This document shows positions 45,804 through 54,259 of a stretch of 62,105 nucleotides of DNA, in pieces. The notes below the pieces were generated by a model that saw nothing but the letters and a program-made list of their open reading frames with translations, searched no databases and was not told the origin of the DNA. How positions within the stretch are numbered: the stretch's first letter is position 1; the number at the start of each line of letters is the position of its first letter. The position numbers and the translations under genes are program-made. The stretch is from Candidatus Pacearchaeota archaeon (GTDB taxonomy: Archaea > Nanobdellota > Nanobdellia > Pacearchaeales > UBA284), in NCBI GenBank assembly GCA_038886195.1, contig JAVZYK010000001.1, forward strand, positions 5,356 to 67,460, written 5' to 3'.

Positions 45804-46523
45804 ATGGAAAAAAGAGGTTTTAAAAGAATTCCTAAGGGAGTCACCAATGTAGAAATGATTATAGCCGCAACTTTTTTCATTTTTTCAATAGTTATTGTAA
45901 TTTATTATATCAATTTCATTGGTATTGAAAGAGAGCCTTCTGATATCTTTCTTGACATTATTGAAAAAAATTTGAGAGAAAAAAGTGAAGTAAATTATAA
46001 TTTAACTTATTTAATAATTAATCCTTCTATTCAAACTGGTTGTTTTAACATATCAAAGCATTCTAGCATAATTAAAGAAAATAATGTGTTTATTAAAGAA
46101 GAAAATGGACATAAAGTCGATTTTAATGCCACTACCGATAGGCTTTTAATTAGAAATGGAGGACAGATTCACAATTATTTTATTTACACATTTCCTTTTA
46201 ATGTAGTTGCTATAGATCAATTTACTCCTTCAACCTGTAATGAACTTGCCGATAGCGATTATAATTATAGTATAACTTATGAAGATAAGATTTTTGTTTA
46301 TGAAAATTTGACTGATCTATTTGAGACTCCTTATAATGAATTAAAACAGCAATTGCAATTCAAAGAAGACTTTTTGATAAATTTAAGTGCGGCCGGACAA
46401 AGTTTGAGTGTAGGCGGAATAAAACCATTACAAACATCCGTTAAAGCTAGACAGTTTCAAATAAAAATTATAAATAAAACTGGAGATATTTTTGAAGGAA
46501 TTATTAATATTCAAGTTTGGTAA
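45804..46523 (+). CDS. Pilin-like protein with class III signal peptide
   Basis: KRIPKG|VTNVEMIIA plus hydrophobic helix; start reassigned to ATG 45804. Confidence 0.7.
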   Translation: MEKRGFKRIPKGVTNVEMIIAATFFIFSIVIVIYYINFIGIEREPSDIFLDIIEKNLREKSEVNYNLTYLIINPSIQTGCFNISKHSSIIKENNVFIKEENGHKVDFNATTDRLLIRNGGQIHNYFIYTFPFNVVAIDQFTPSTCNELADSDYNYSITYEDKIFVYENLTDLFETPYNELKQQLQFKEDFLINLSAAGQSLSVGGIKPLQTSVKARQFQIKIINKTGDIFEGIINIQVW

Positions 46524-46527
46524 TAAA

Positions 46528-46929
46528 ATGGAAAATAAAAAAGGATGGTTATTAATAGTTGAATCAGTTATTGCCATACTGATTTTGTTTGGGTTTGTTT
46601 TCGTAGCTATGGCAAAATACGCCCAAGAAAGCAAAGTGCTTAAAGAAGAACAATCTCTTTACGATATTGCAGAACTTCTTGCATTAAAAGTTGAAAAAAA
46701 TAAAACTGTGAGGGAATATGTTTTTAATTTTAATAATCAAGCAATCGATGCACATCTTTCTAATGAGATTTCGAAGATGAAATTAAATGTTGAAGCAAGA
46801 GGGAAAATATGCGATATTGAAGAAAGATGTTTATTGGAGGAGATTCAAAAAGAAATTTATAGTTCAGAAATTATTCTTGCTAACGAGTCTATAATTAAAA
46901 AATTAAAAATTTTTGTTTGGCAAAAATAA
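46528..46929 (+). CDS. Pilin-like protein with class III signal peptide
   Basis: MENKKG|WLLIVESVIAILILF; start reassigned to ATG 46528. Confidence 0.75.
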   Translation: MENKKGWLLIVESVIAILILFGFVFVAMAKYAQESKVLKEEQSLYDIAELLALKVEKNKTVREYVFNFNNQAIDAHLSNEISKMKLNVEARGKICDIEERCLLEEIQKEIYSSEIILANESIIKKLKIFVWQK

Positions 46930-46930
46930 A

Positions 46931-47356
46931 ATGAGCTATGAACATTTTGAACACGAAGCCGATATTGGAATTAGAGGCAAAGGCAAAACTATAGAAGAGG
47001 CTTTTCAGGAAGCTGCTAAAGCCCTGTTTAATGTTGAGGTTGATATTAAAAAGGTAAAAGCAGTAAAAAAAATAAAAATTGAATGTGAAGCTTCAAATAT
47101 AGAAGAGCTTTTTGTTGAATGGCTTAATTCATTGTTAAGTCAAGCCTCTTTGCATGAAATGGTTTTTTCAAAATTCAAGGTAAAAATTATAAAGAATAGA
47201 AATTTTGAAATTAAAGGTTTTGCTATGGGGGAAAAATTAAATGCTAAGAAACACAATATAAAAGACGAAGTTAAAGGTGCGACATACTCTCAACTTAAAG
47301 TTTATCAAGATAAAAAAACAAAATTATGGATTTCGCAATGTATAGTTGATGTTTAA
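46931..47356 (+). CDS. Archease
   Basis: EHEADIG, EVKGATY, C-terminal VDV; upstream of rtcB. Confidence 0.93.
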   Translation: MSYEHFEHEADIGIRGKGKTIEEAFQEAAKALFNVEVDIKKVKAVKKIKIECEASNIEELFVEWLNSLLSQASLHEMVFSKFKVKIIKNRNFEIKGFAMGEKLNAKKHNIKDEVKGATYSQLKVYQDKKTKLWISQCIVDV

Positions 47357-47357
47357 A

Positions 47358-48785
47358 ATGGATATAAAGAAATTTAGAAAAATCAATGATTTTGAATGGG
47401 AAATCCCCAAAACAGGAACAATGAGAGTTCCTGGAAGGATTTTCGCTTCAAGAAAATTAATAGAAGAGATGGATGATAAAGTTTGGGAGCAAGTTTCTAA
47501 TGTAGCGACTTTGCCTGGAATTCAAAAAGCCAGTATAGCTATGGCAGATGCTCATTGGGGCTACGGTTTTCCTATAGGAGGTGTTGGTGCATTTGATGCT
47601 GACGAAGGCGGAGTTGTTAGTGTTGGCGGCGTTGGTTTTGATGGCGGTTGTGGTGTTAGAAGTTTAAAGACAGATTTAACTTTGAAGGAAGTAAAACCAA
47701 AAATAAAAGAACTTATAGATGAACTTTTCGTAAGAGTTCCAGCAGGTTTAGGTTCAAGAGGTAAAATTTTGTTAAGCGATTCTGAAGTTAATGAAGTTCT
47801 AATGCAAGGTGCCAAGTGGGTTGTTGAGAAAGGTTATGGAATTCCAGAGGATTTAGAATTTATAGAAGATAAAGGAACAATTAAGGGAGCGATGCCAGAA
47901 GCTGTCAGCGAAATGGCTATGAAGCGCGAGAAAAAACAAGTTGGCACTCTAGGCAGTGGCAATCATTATTTAGAAGTACAGTATATAGATGAAATTTATG
48001 ACGAAAAAGCCGCAAAAATTTTTGGATTGGAAAAAGAACAAGTCATGGTTTGGATTCATTGTGGTTCTAGAGCGTTAGGACACCAAATAGGAACAGATTA
48101 TTTGAAAGTTCTTGCCGAAGCTTCGAGAAAATATAATATTCCGATTCATGAACGCGAACTTGTGTGTGCACCTATAAACTCGCCAGAAGGTCAACGTTAT
48201 TTTGGAGCAATGTGTTGTGCTTTAAACTATGCTCATGCTAATAGGCAAGTTATAGCTCATTTAGTAAGGCAAGGTTTTGAGAAAGTTTTTCCTAAAGCAA
48301 AGGTTGAAACTTTTTATGAAATTTCTCATAATTCTTGCAAAGCCGAAAAACACAATATTAATGGTAAAAGTAAAGTGGTTTATGTGCATAGAAAAGGAGC
48401 CACAAGAGCATTTGGTCCCGAACGAGAAGAATTACCTAAACCTTACAGAAATATAGGACAGCCGGTGCTTATTGGTGGAACAATGGGAACATGTAGTTAT
48501 ATTTTACATGGTACTAAAGAAGGAGAAAAAGCTTTTTATTCAGCATGTCATGGTGCAGGAAGAGCGATGTCAAGAACTCAAGCAAAGAAAAAATGGTGGG
48601 GTTCTACATTAATTAAAGAGCTCGAAGCACAAGGAGTTTATGTCAGAGCTCATAGCATGAGTGGCTTGGCCGAAGAAGCTCCTTTGGCTTATAAGCCGGT
48701 AGAAGATGTGGTTGATGCAATTCATAATGCAAATTTAGCAAGAAAAGTGGCTCGTTTGAAACCAATAGGAAATATAAAAGGTTAA
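47358..48785 (+). CDS. rtcB: RNA-splicing ligase RtcB
   Basis: DAHWGYGFPIG, GFDGGCG, GSGNHYLE, HRKGAT, CHGAGR, EEAP. Confidence 0.96.
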   Translation: MDIKKFRKINDFEWEIPKTGTMRVPGRIFASRKLIEEMDDKVWEQVSNVATLPGIQKASIAMADAHWGYGFPIGGVGAFDADEGGVVSVGGVGFDGGCGVRSLKTDLTLKEVKPKIKELIDELFVRVPAGLGSRGKILLSDSEVNEVLMQGAKWVVEKGYGIPEDLEFIEDKGTIKGAMPEAVSEMAMKREKKQVGTLGSGNHYLEVQYIDEIYDEKAAKIFGLEKEQVMVWIHCGSRALGHQIGTDYLKVLAEASRKYNIPIHERELVCAPINSPEGQRYFGAMCCALNYAHANRQVIAHLVRQGFEKVFPKAKVETFYEISHNSCKAEKHNINGKSKVVYVHRKGATRAFGPEREELPKPYRNIGQPVLIGGTMGTCSYILHGTKEGEKAFYSACHGAGRAMSRTQAKKKWWGSTLIKELEAQGVYVRAHSMSGLAEEAPLAYKPVEDVVDAIHNANLARKVARLKPIGNIKG

Positions 48786-48887
48786 AATAATAAAAGGTTA
48801 AAATAAAAATTGTTCAATAATTACGAAATCTTTAAATAGCAAAAATTTTTAAAATATATTAATAAAAAGAAGGTATTGTTTTGTCAA

Positions 48888-51851
48888 ATGGTTATTTCGA
48901 AAACAAAAGACTTTAGAAAGAGAAAAAAAAGAGAAATTTTTTTTGGAATGCCTTTTTTGCCTTTAGCAACATTTTTAATTTTAATCATAACGGTGCTTGT
49001 TGTTTCTAGTTTAAACGAAACAAACAGGCCTCAAAATGAATTTTCTTCAAAACAACAATATGAAATTATAAAAACACAAATTACTGGCGAAGTGGTTGGT
49101 GGTTTAAATTTGACTAAGATAAATTACAATATTAATGAACCTTTACAAGGCCAGTTCAATTTAAAATTTTATCAAGGCGATTTGATTCCTGTAGCAAGCA
49201 ATCTTAGTTTTAAAATTTCTGGAATAAAATGCAATTATTTTTATGTTTGCGGCGATGGTGAAACTTTGGCTCCTTGGGAATTTTATAATGTAACGGCAGG
49301 AAGATGTCAAAATATTAGTGGTTATTGGCAAACCAGTCCTTGGGAAGATTATTGTGGTGAAAGTTATAATGTTTATCCTAATGAAAATAGTGCAATAAAC
49401 TGTACAAGTTTAGGAGGCAAATGTTGTGATGCTGGCAATGGGATTGGTTATTTTTATCCTAATTTAAATTGCAGTTATTCTGGAGCAAATAAAGAATGTT
49501 GGGATGATTGTGCTACAACTCAAGTTGTTAATTTAAAAACATTGGTTAGCAAATCAACAACTCCAACTAAAGGCAATTATAGTTATGGAACTTATAATAA
49601 TGTTAATGGTTCTGAACCTTCGGGCCAAGGTTGGGGCTTTGGTTATTGTACTGAAACTGCTGGCGGAACTTTTGGCGGCGGCATTTTTGGAAGATTAGGC
49701 AACACTGGTTATGCCATTGGAGGCCCAGGAATTGAAATTCCTGACTTGGTTGTTTCTAGAGTTTATTTAAGTGAAGAAATAGAGAATAAAATTTATGCAA
49801 CAGTTGAAAATATCATTGGTAGCGTAACTAAAGAATTTGTTGTTGTTGCTTGTTGGGGCAATCCTCCAGATATGAATTGTAAAGATGGTCAAGTAATCCC
49901 TCCAATTCCTCCTAATTGTATAGTTAAGATAATTAATCCAATTAATCAACGATGGGAAGTTAATGTAGGAAATTTAGATTTAATGCTTAATAAAAGACTT
50001 TATGTTGAAGCTGATTACTGCGAAGTTATTAATGAAGCTAACGAAAGTAATAATGTTTTATCAAGATGGATTGGTTGTTTAGATCTTGATGGTTTAGATC
50101 CTTATATTTTTGGAACTTGTGAAGATATGAATGGCAAGTATGATGACATTTGTTCGCTTCTTCCAGGAATTGAAGGAGTTCAGGAAAAGTATTGTGTAAA
50201 TGCGCTGCCTTTGCCTTATTGTAGTACCAAGACAATTGAATGTGGAAAAGGAGAGATCTGTCAAGAAGGAAGGTGTGTTCAACAGCCTGTTCAGCCTTGG
50301 TGTAATGATACAGATGAAGGCAATCCTATGGTTGGAGGAAGTTGTTCGGATTCGCAAGGAAACGGCGGCTTTGATGATTGTATTAATGAAACTTATTTAA
50401 AAGAATATGTTTGTGCCGGATTTAATTGGCCGCAGTGTACTTATAATTACATAAATTGCGAAGAAGTTGTTGGAACTGGTTCGAGATGTGTTATAGATAT
50501 GATTTCTGGATTCGGTAAATGTAGTGAATCAGTACAATTAAAACCAGACTTGATTGTTGAAAAAATTGAAAGAACGAGTGATATGAGAAAAGTTTTAGTG
50601 TGGATAAAAAATCAAGGTAATGCTATAGCAATTGCTCCTTTCAACGTTTCTTTAAATATAACTGGTGAAACTAATGCATTTGAAATTTTAACTTTTAATT
50701 CTAATTTAGGATCTGGTAGCAATGGTTCAATAATTGGACAAACAAATATAGAGGGTAAAACAGTTCATGTAACTGCTTTTGCTGATTATCCTTCTCCAGG
50801 CGTAGTTGATGAGTCAAATGAGTATAATAATGAAATGGCCAATGTCTATTTATCACCTTATTCTTGTCAAAACTGGAGTAATGTTTATATTGTGCCTCTT
50901 GGTTCTAATGGTTTAAACTTGAAAGCTCCTGCTGATGAAGGAAATTATTATTTGAATGTTTCTTTATATTATAATTCTAACTCTACAGGATTTGTTGAAA
51001 TGTCAAAAACCTCCGCTATTTTTATAGCAAGAAGACCAACAATTTACTATTATAAGGGATGTGAAAACAACAAATGTATTACTAAAAAAAGTACAACTCC
51101 AAAAAATGATACATGTGATAGCGATTCTGATTGTACCGGGCCAGGCTATTGTAATGAGAATTGGAAATTTAAAGATTTAACTGGTTGTGTAAATAAACAA
51201 AGAAAGCTTGAATGTTACGATGAAAAAAACTGTGGCACGATTGATAAGTTGCCTCTGGGTTGTAATTATGATGCTGCTTTAGGAAGATATTTCAAGATTG
51301 AAAGTTGTTGCGAGTCTAATTGGCAATGTGATGCTTGGAGTGTTTGTTACAAACATCAGGGCAGTTCGGTTCAAAGCATGACTTGTAAAGATTTAAATGA
51401 GTGCAACCCTCAAAATTCTAGTTATATTCAGCTTAGAGATTGTTGTATAGAAGATTGGCAATGTAAGTGGGGTCCTTGTATTAATGGAAGACAAAAATTA
51501 ATTTGTCAAGAAATGGCCGGTTGCGGTACAGAATTTACAAAACCTAAAGAAGAAATAAAAGAATGTAAAGAGGCCATAGCAATAGCGTGGTGGATATGGT
51601 TAATTATAATTGTGGCTGTTGTTGCTGTTACTTTAGTTATACTTTTTGCTACAAGGGTCATTAGATTGCCTAAAGCTAAGAAAGAATTTAGAGAAGAAAT
51701 TGAAAAAGCGAAGCCAGAAGAAAATCTCGAATTGATTAATTATATTAAAAGCGCTTTAGCTGCAGGCATGTCTAAAGAAGAAATAAAGAAAAAATTAATC
51801 GAGGCCGGATGGCCACAAGACCTTGTTGATTTAGAGCTTAAAAAATTTTAG
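48888..51851 (+). CDS. Cys-rich surface protein with two CARDB-like domains, N- and C-terminal TM
   Basis: PDL...EANESNN and PDL...ESNEYNN; CxDxDxG modules; W.C..W..C repeats; C-terminal AGWP tail. Confidence 0.85.
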   Translation: MVISKTKDFRKRKKREIFFGMPFLPLATFLILIITVLVVSSLNETNRPQNEFSSKQQYEIIKTQITGEVVGGLNLTKINYNINEPLQGQFNLKFYQGDLIPVASNLSFKISGIKCNYFYVCGDGETLAPWEFYNVTAGRCQNISGYWQTSPWEDYCGESYNVYPNENSAINCTSLGGKCCDAGNGIGYFYPNLNCSYSGANKECWDDCATTQVVNLKTLVSKSTTPTKGNYSYGTYNNVNGSEPSGQGWGFGYCTETAGGTFGGGIFGRLGNTGYAIGGPGIEIPDLVVSRVYLSEEIENKIYATVENIIGSVTKEFVVVACWGNPPDMNCKDGQVIPPIPPNCIVKIINPINQRWEVNVGNLDLMLNKRLYVEADYCEVINEANESNNVLSRWIGCLDLDGLDPYIFGTCEDMNGKYDDICSLLPGIEGVQEKYCVNALPLPYCSTKTIECGKGEICQEGRCVQQPVQPWCNDTDEGNPMVGGSCSDSQGNGGFDDCINETYLKEYVCAGFNWPQCTYNYINCEEVVGTGSRCVIDMISGFGKCSESVQLKPDLIVEKIERTSDMRKVLVWIKNQGNAIAIAPFNVSLNITGETNAFEILTFNSNLGSGSNGSIIGQTNIEGKTVHVTAFADYPSPGVVDESNEYNNEMANVYLSPYSCQNWSNVYIVPLGSNGLNLKAPADEGNYYLNVSLYYNSNSTGFVEMSKTSAIFIARRPTIYYYKGCENNKCITKKSTTPKNDTCDSDSDCTGPGYCNENWKFKDLTGCVNKQRKLECYDEKNCGTIDKLPLGCNYDAALGRYFKIESCCESNWQCDAWSVCYKHQGSSVQSMTCKDLNECNPQNSSYIQLRDCCIEDWQCKWGPCINGRQKLICQEMAGCGTEFTKPKEEIKECKEAIAIAWWIWLIIIVAVVAVTLVILFATRVIRLPKAKKEFREEIEKAKPEENLELINYIKSALAAGMSKEEIKKKLIEAGWPQDLVDLELKKF

Positions 51852-51852
51852 A

Positions 51853-54180
51853 ATGAAAGGAAAAAAAGAATTAAAAGATACAAAATCAAATGAAAATAAA
51901 GTTAACTTGCCATCTATATCTTTGCTGTTTTTTCTATTTTCTATTGCTATTTTAATAACTTTTTCTGGAGAAACTTTTTTTATTTCTACCGGAAAAGTTA
52001 TCGATAAAATAGAATTAGCAAAAACAGAATATGGAGTTAATGAAAATTTTGATGGAAATTTGAATATTATTTTAAATCAAGGAGATCATATTCCAGCATC
52101 AACTAAAGTTTATTTTTTAATTAATGGAGAAAATTATAGTTATAATATAACTGCCACTCTTCCAGGAATTATAGCTCTTTCGAGTAGTCCATGGAGCGGA
52201 AATTTTAGCTATGGAAAATTTAATAACGTAGATGGCCCTTCGCCTAGTGGAGAAGGATGGGGATTTGGCGCTTGTCCCCAAATATCTATTCCACCACCAC
52301 AAACACCTCCTATAAGTACAGAAGCGATAACACAACCACAAACACCGATTCAAGGAGTTGATTTAATTGTTAGTGATGTTTATGTAGTATATGGAAGGCT
52401 TTATGCTAAAATAAAGAATATTGGAAACGAACCAACTCCTGATTTTCCTTTTTCTGTCAAAGCTTGTTGGTATAGAACTGAAGATTGTTTCTTTGAACAA
52501 ATTATTAATACGGTTATTTTACCAAGTCAAGAAATAATTTTAGATATGAATTACCAAAATGTAGAAGGAAAGTCAGTACAAGTTATTGTAGATTTTTATG
52601 ATGATATTTTAGAAATTAATGAATTCAATAATGAGTTTATTAAAGACTTTGGTTTTTCTCAAGGATGTGTTGATACTGATAATGGAAAAGATATATTTTC
52701 TTTTGGAGAATGTATTTCTGGAATAGTTCCTGTTTTTATGTCTGATGAATGCTTAGATGATAAAAAAATAAAGGAATGGTTCTGTGATTTAGGGGGTTGT
52801 AATTATGAAATTTTTGAATGTCCTTCAGATTATTTCTGTGATAAAGAGAAAAAGGCCTGTGTTTCTAAACAACAGATTCCTAGTTGTAAAGATAGCGATG
52901 GAGGAAAAAACTATTGGGTAAAGGGAACTTGTAAAGATGATTATGAAGAAAGAACAGATTACTGTTTAGAAATTGGAAATTCTAATGAACCTAACTTGGC
53001 AGAATTTTATTGTACTGGAAATAATTTGATTTATTATGATTCAGAATGTTCTGAATGTGGTGAAGTTTATTGCGCTTATGAAGGAACAAGAAGCCAGGGA
53101 TGGTATGCTAAATGTCCTAAAGGAGAGAAACTAATAAGTTACGATTCTTTGTGTCATCTTTCTACTAGAAGAAAATTCAAACCAGTTTGTTTATTTAATG
53201 AATCTAAGAGTGAAGGGTGGTATACTCCTAACGTATGTGATATCGATCAATATCTTTGTTATTATGGCTGTAGCGCTGGAAGTTGCAAAACTAGCAATTA
53301 TTCTTGTGATGGTTGGAATAATATTTATAAAATAAATTTAAAAAATTTATATCCTAGTCTTAAGACTCCCGCCCCTAGAGGAAATTATGATTTCAGTGTA
53401 AAACTAGTTTATGAAGAAACTATTTTGCCAGAGCCCATAGTTTTAACTTCAGATGTTAAAAAATTTAGTGTAATTTCTCATAAGGCCTGTCAAAATTATC
53501 AGTGTATGTGGGTTAGTGGAAGCGGAAATGATCAATGTAATGTAGATAGTGATTGTAGACCATCAGGCGGAGGCGGCGGAGGTGGTGGAGGTGGAGTTTG
53601 TAATGAATTATGGCAATTCAGTTCTTGGAGCGATTGTATTGAAGGTAAAAAAACCAGAGAGTGTTTTGATATAAGAAATTGCGGCACTACTTACGCTAAA
53701 CCAACTTATTGTTTGCCTTTAGGAAATAAATATATTCAAACTGAAGAGTGTATTCCAGGTTGTCAAGAAAATTGGCATTGTAGTGATTGGAGTTATTGTA
53801 ATGAAGAGACTAAAGAACAGAGTTCAATTTGCGAGGATTTAAATAAATGCAACTCATTTAATTTTACTTATATTCAACTTCGTGATTGTTGTATTGAGGA
53901 TTGGCAGTGCAAATGGGGTCCTTGTATTAATGGAAGACAAGAAAAGGTTTGTATTGATCTTAATAATTGTGGTACTGAATTTAATAAACCAAGAGAAACC
54001 AGAATTTGTAAGAAAGGCTTATCATTGATTAGTTTAACTATCTTGATTCTAATTTTTATAATTATAATTCTTTTAATTCTTTACTCTACAAAAATTCTTA
54101 AATGGCCTTTTAAAAGAAAATTAAAGACCATAGAAGAAGAGTCTACAGAAGAAGCAACTTTTAAAGAAATAAAGATTTGA
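51853..54180 (+). CDS. Cys-rich surface protein, paralog of upstream gene
   Basis: One CARDB-like domain, CVDTDNG and CKDSDGG modules, poly-Gly linker, shared C-terminal Cys repeats, TM. Confidence 0.85.
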   Translation: MKGKKELKDTKSNENKVNLPSISLLFFLFSIAILITFSGETFFISTGKVIDKIELAKTEYGVNENFDGNLNIILNQGDHIPASTKVYFLINGENYSYNITATLPGIIALSSSPWSGNFSYGKFNNVDGPSPSGEGWGFGACPQISIPPPQTPPISTEAITQPQTPIQGVDLIVSDVYVVYGRLYAKIKNIGNEPTPDFPFSVKACWYRTEDCFFEQIINTVILPSQEIILDMNYQNVEGKSVQVIVDFYDDILEINEFNNEFIKDFGFSQGCVDTDNGKDIFSFGECISGIVPVFMSDECLDDKKIKEWFCDLGGCNYEIFECPSDYFCDKEKKACVSKQQIPSCKDSDGGKNYWVKGTCKDDYEERTDYCLEIGNSNEPNLAEFYCTGNNLIYYDSECSECGEVYCAYEGTRSQGWYAKCPKGEKLISYDSLCHLSTRRKFKPVCLFNESKSEGWYTPNVCDIDQYLCYYGCSAGSCKTSNYSCDGWNNIYKINLKNLYPSLKTPAPRGNYDFSVKLVYEETILPEPIVLTSDVKKFSVISHKACQNYQCMWVSGSGNDQCNVDSDCRPSGGGGGGGGGGVCNELWQFSSWSDCIEGKKTRECFDIRNCGTTYAKPTYCLPLGNKYIQTEECIPGCQENWHCSDWSYCNEETKEQSSICEDLNKCNSFNFTYIQLRDCCIEDWQCKWGPCINGRQEKVCIDLNNCGTEFNKPRETRICKKGLSLISLTILILIFIIIILLILYSTKILKWPFKRKLKTIEEESTEEATFKEIKI

Positions 54181-54259
54181 AAACATATTGTGATTATTTA
54201 ATTTTTATAAAAAGATTTATATATTTATTTTTTTTCAATACTGTAGTGTAAAAGAGGAA

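Noticed and set aside
47358-48785. Intein in RtcB
   Set aside because: Normal length with contiguous motifs
164-52353. Numerous 60-120 aa ORFs antisense to or nested in recognised genes
   Set aside because: Phe/Ser/Ile-rich shadow translations with no motifs
53563-53595. GC-rich GGN run
   Set aside because: Encodes a poly-Gly linker
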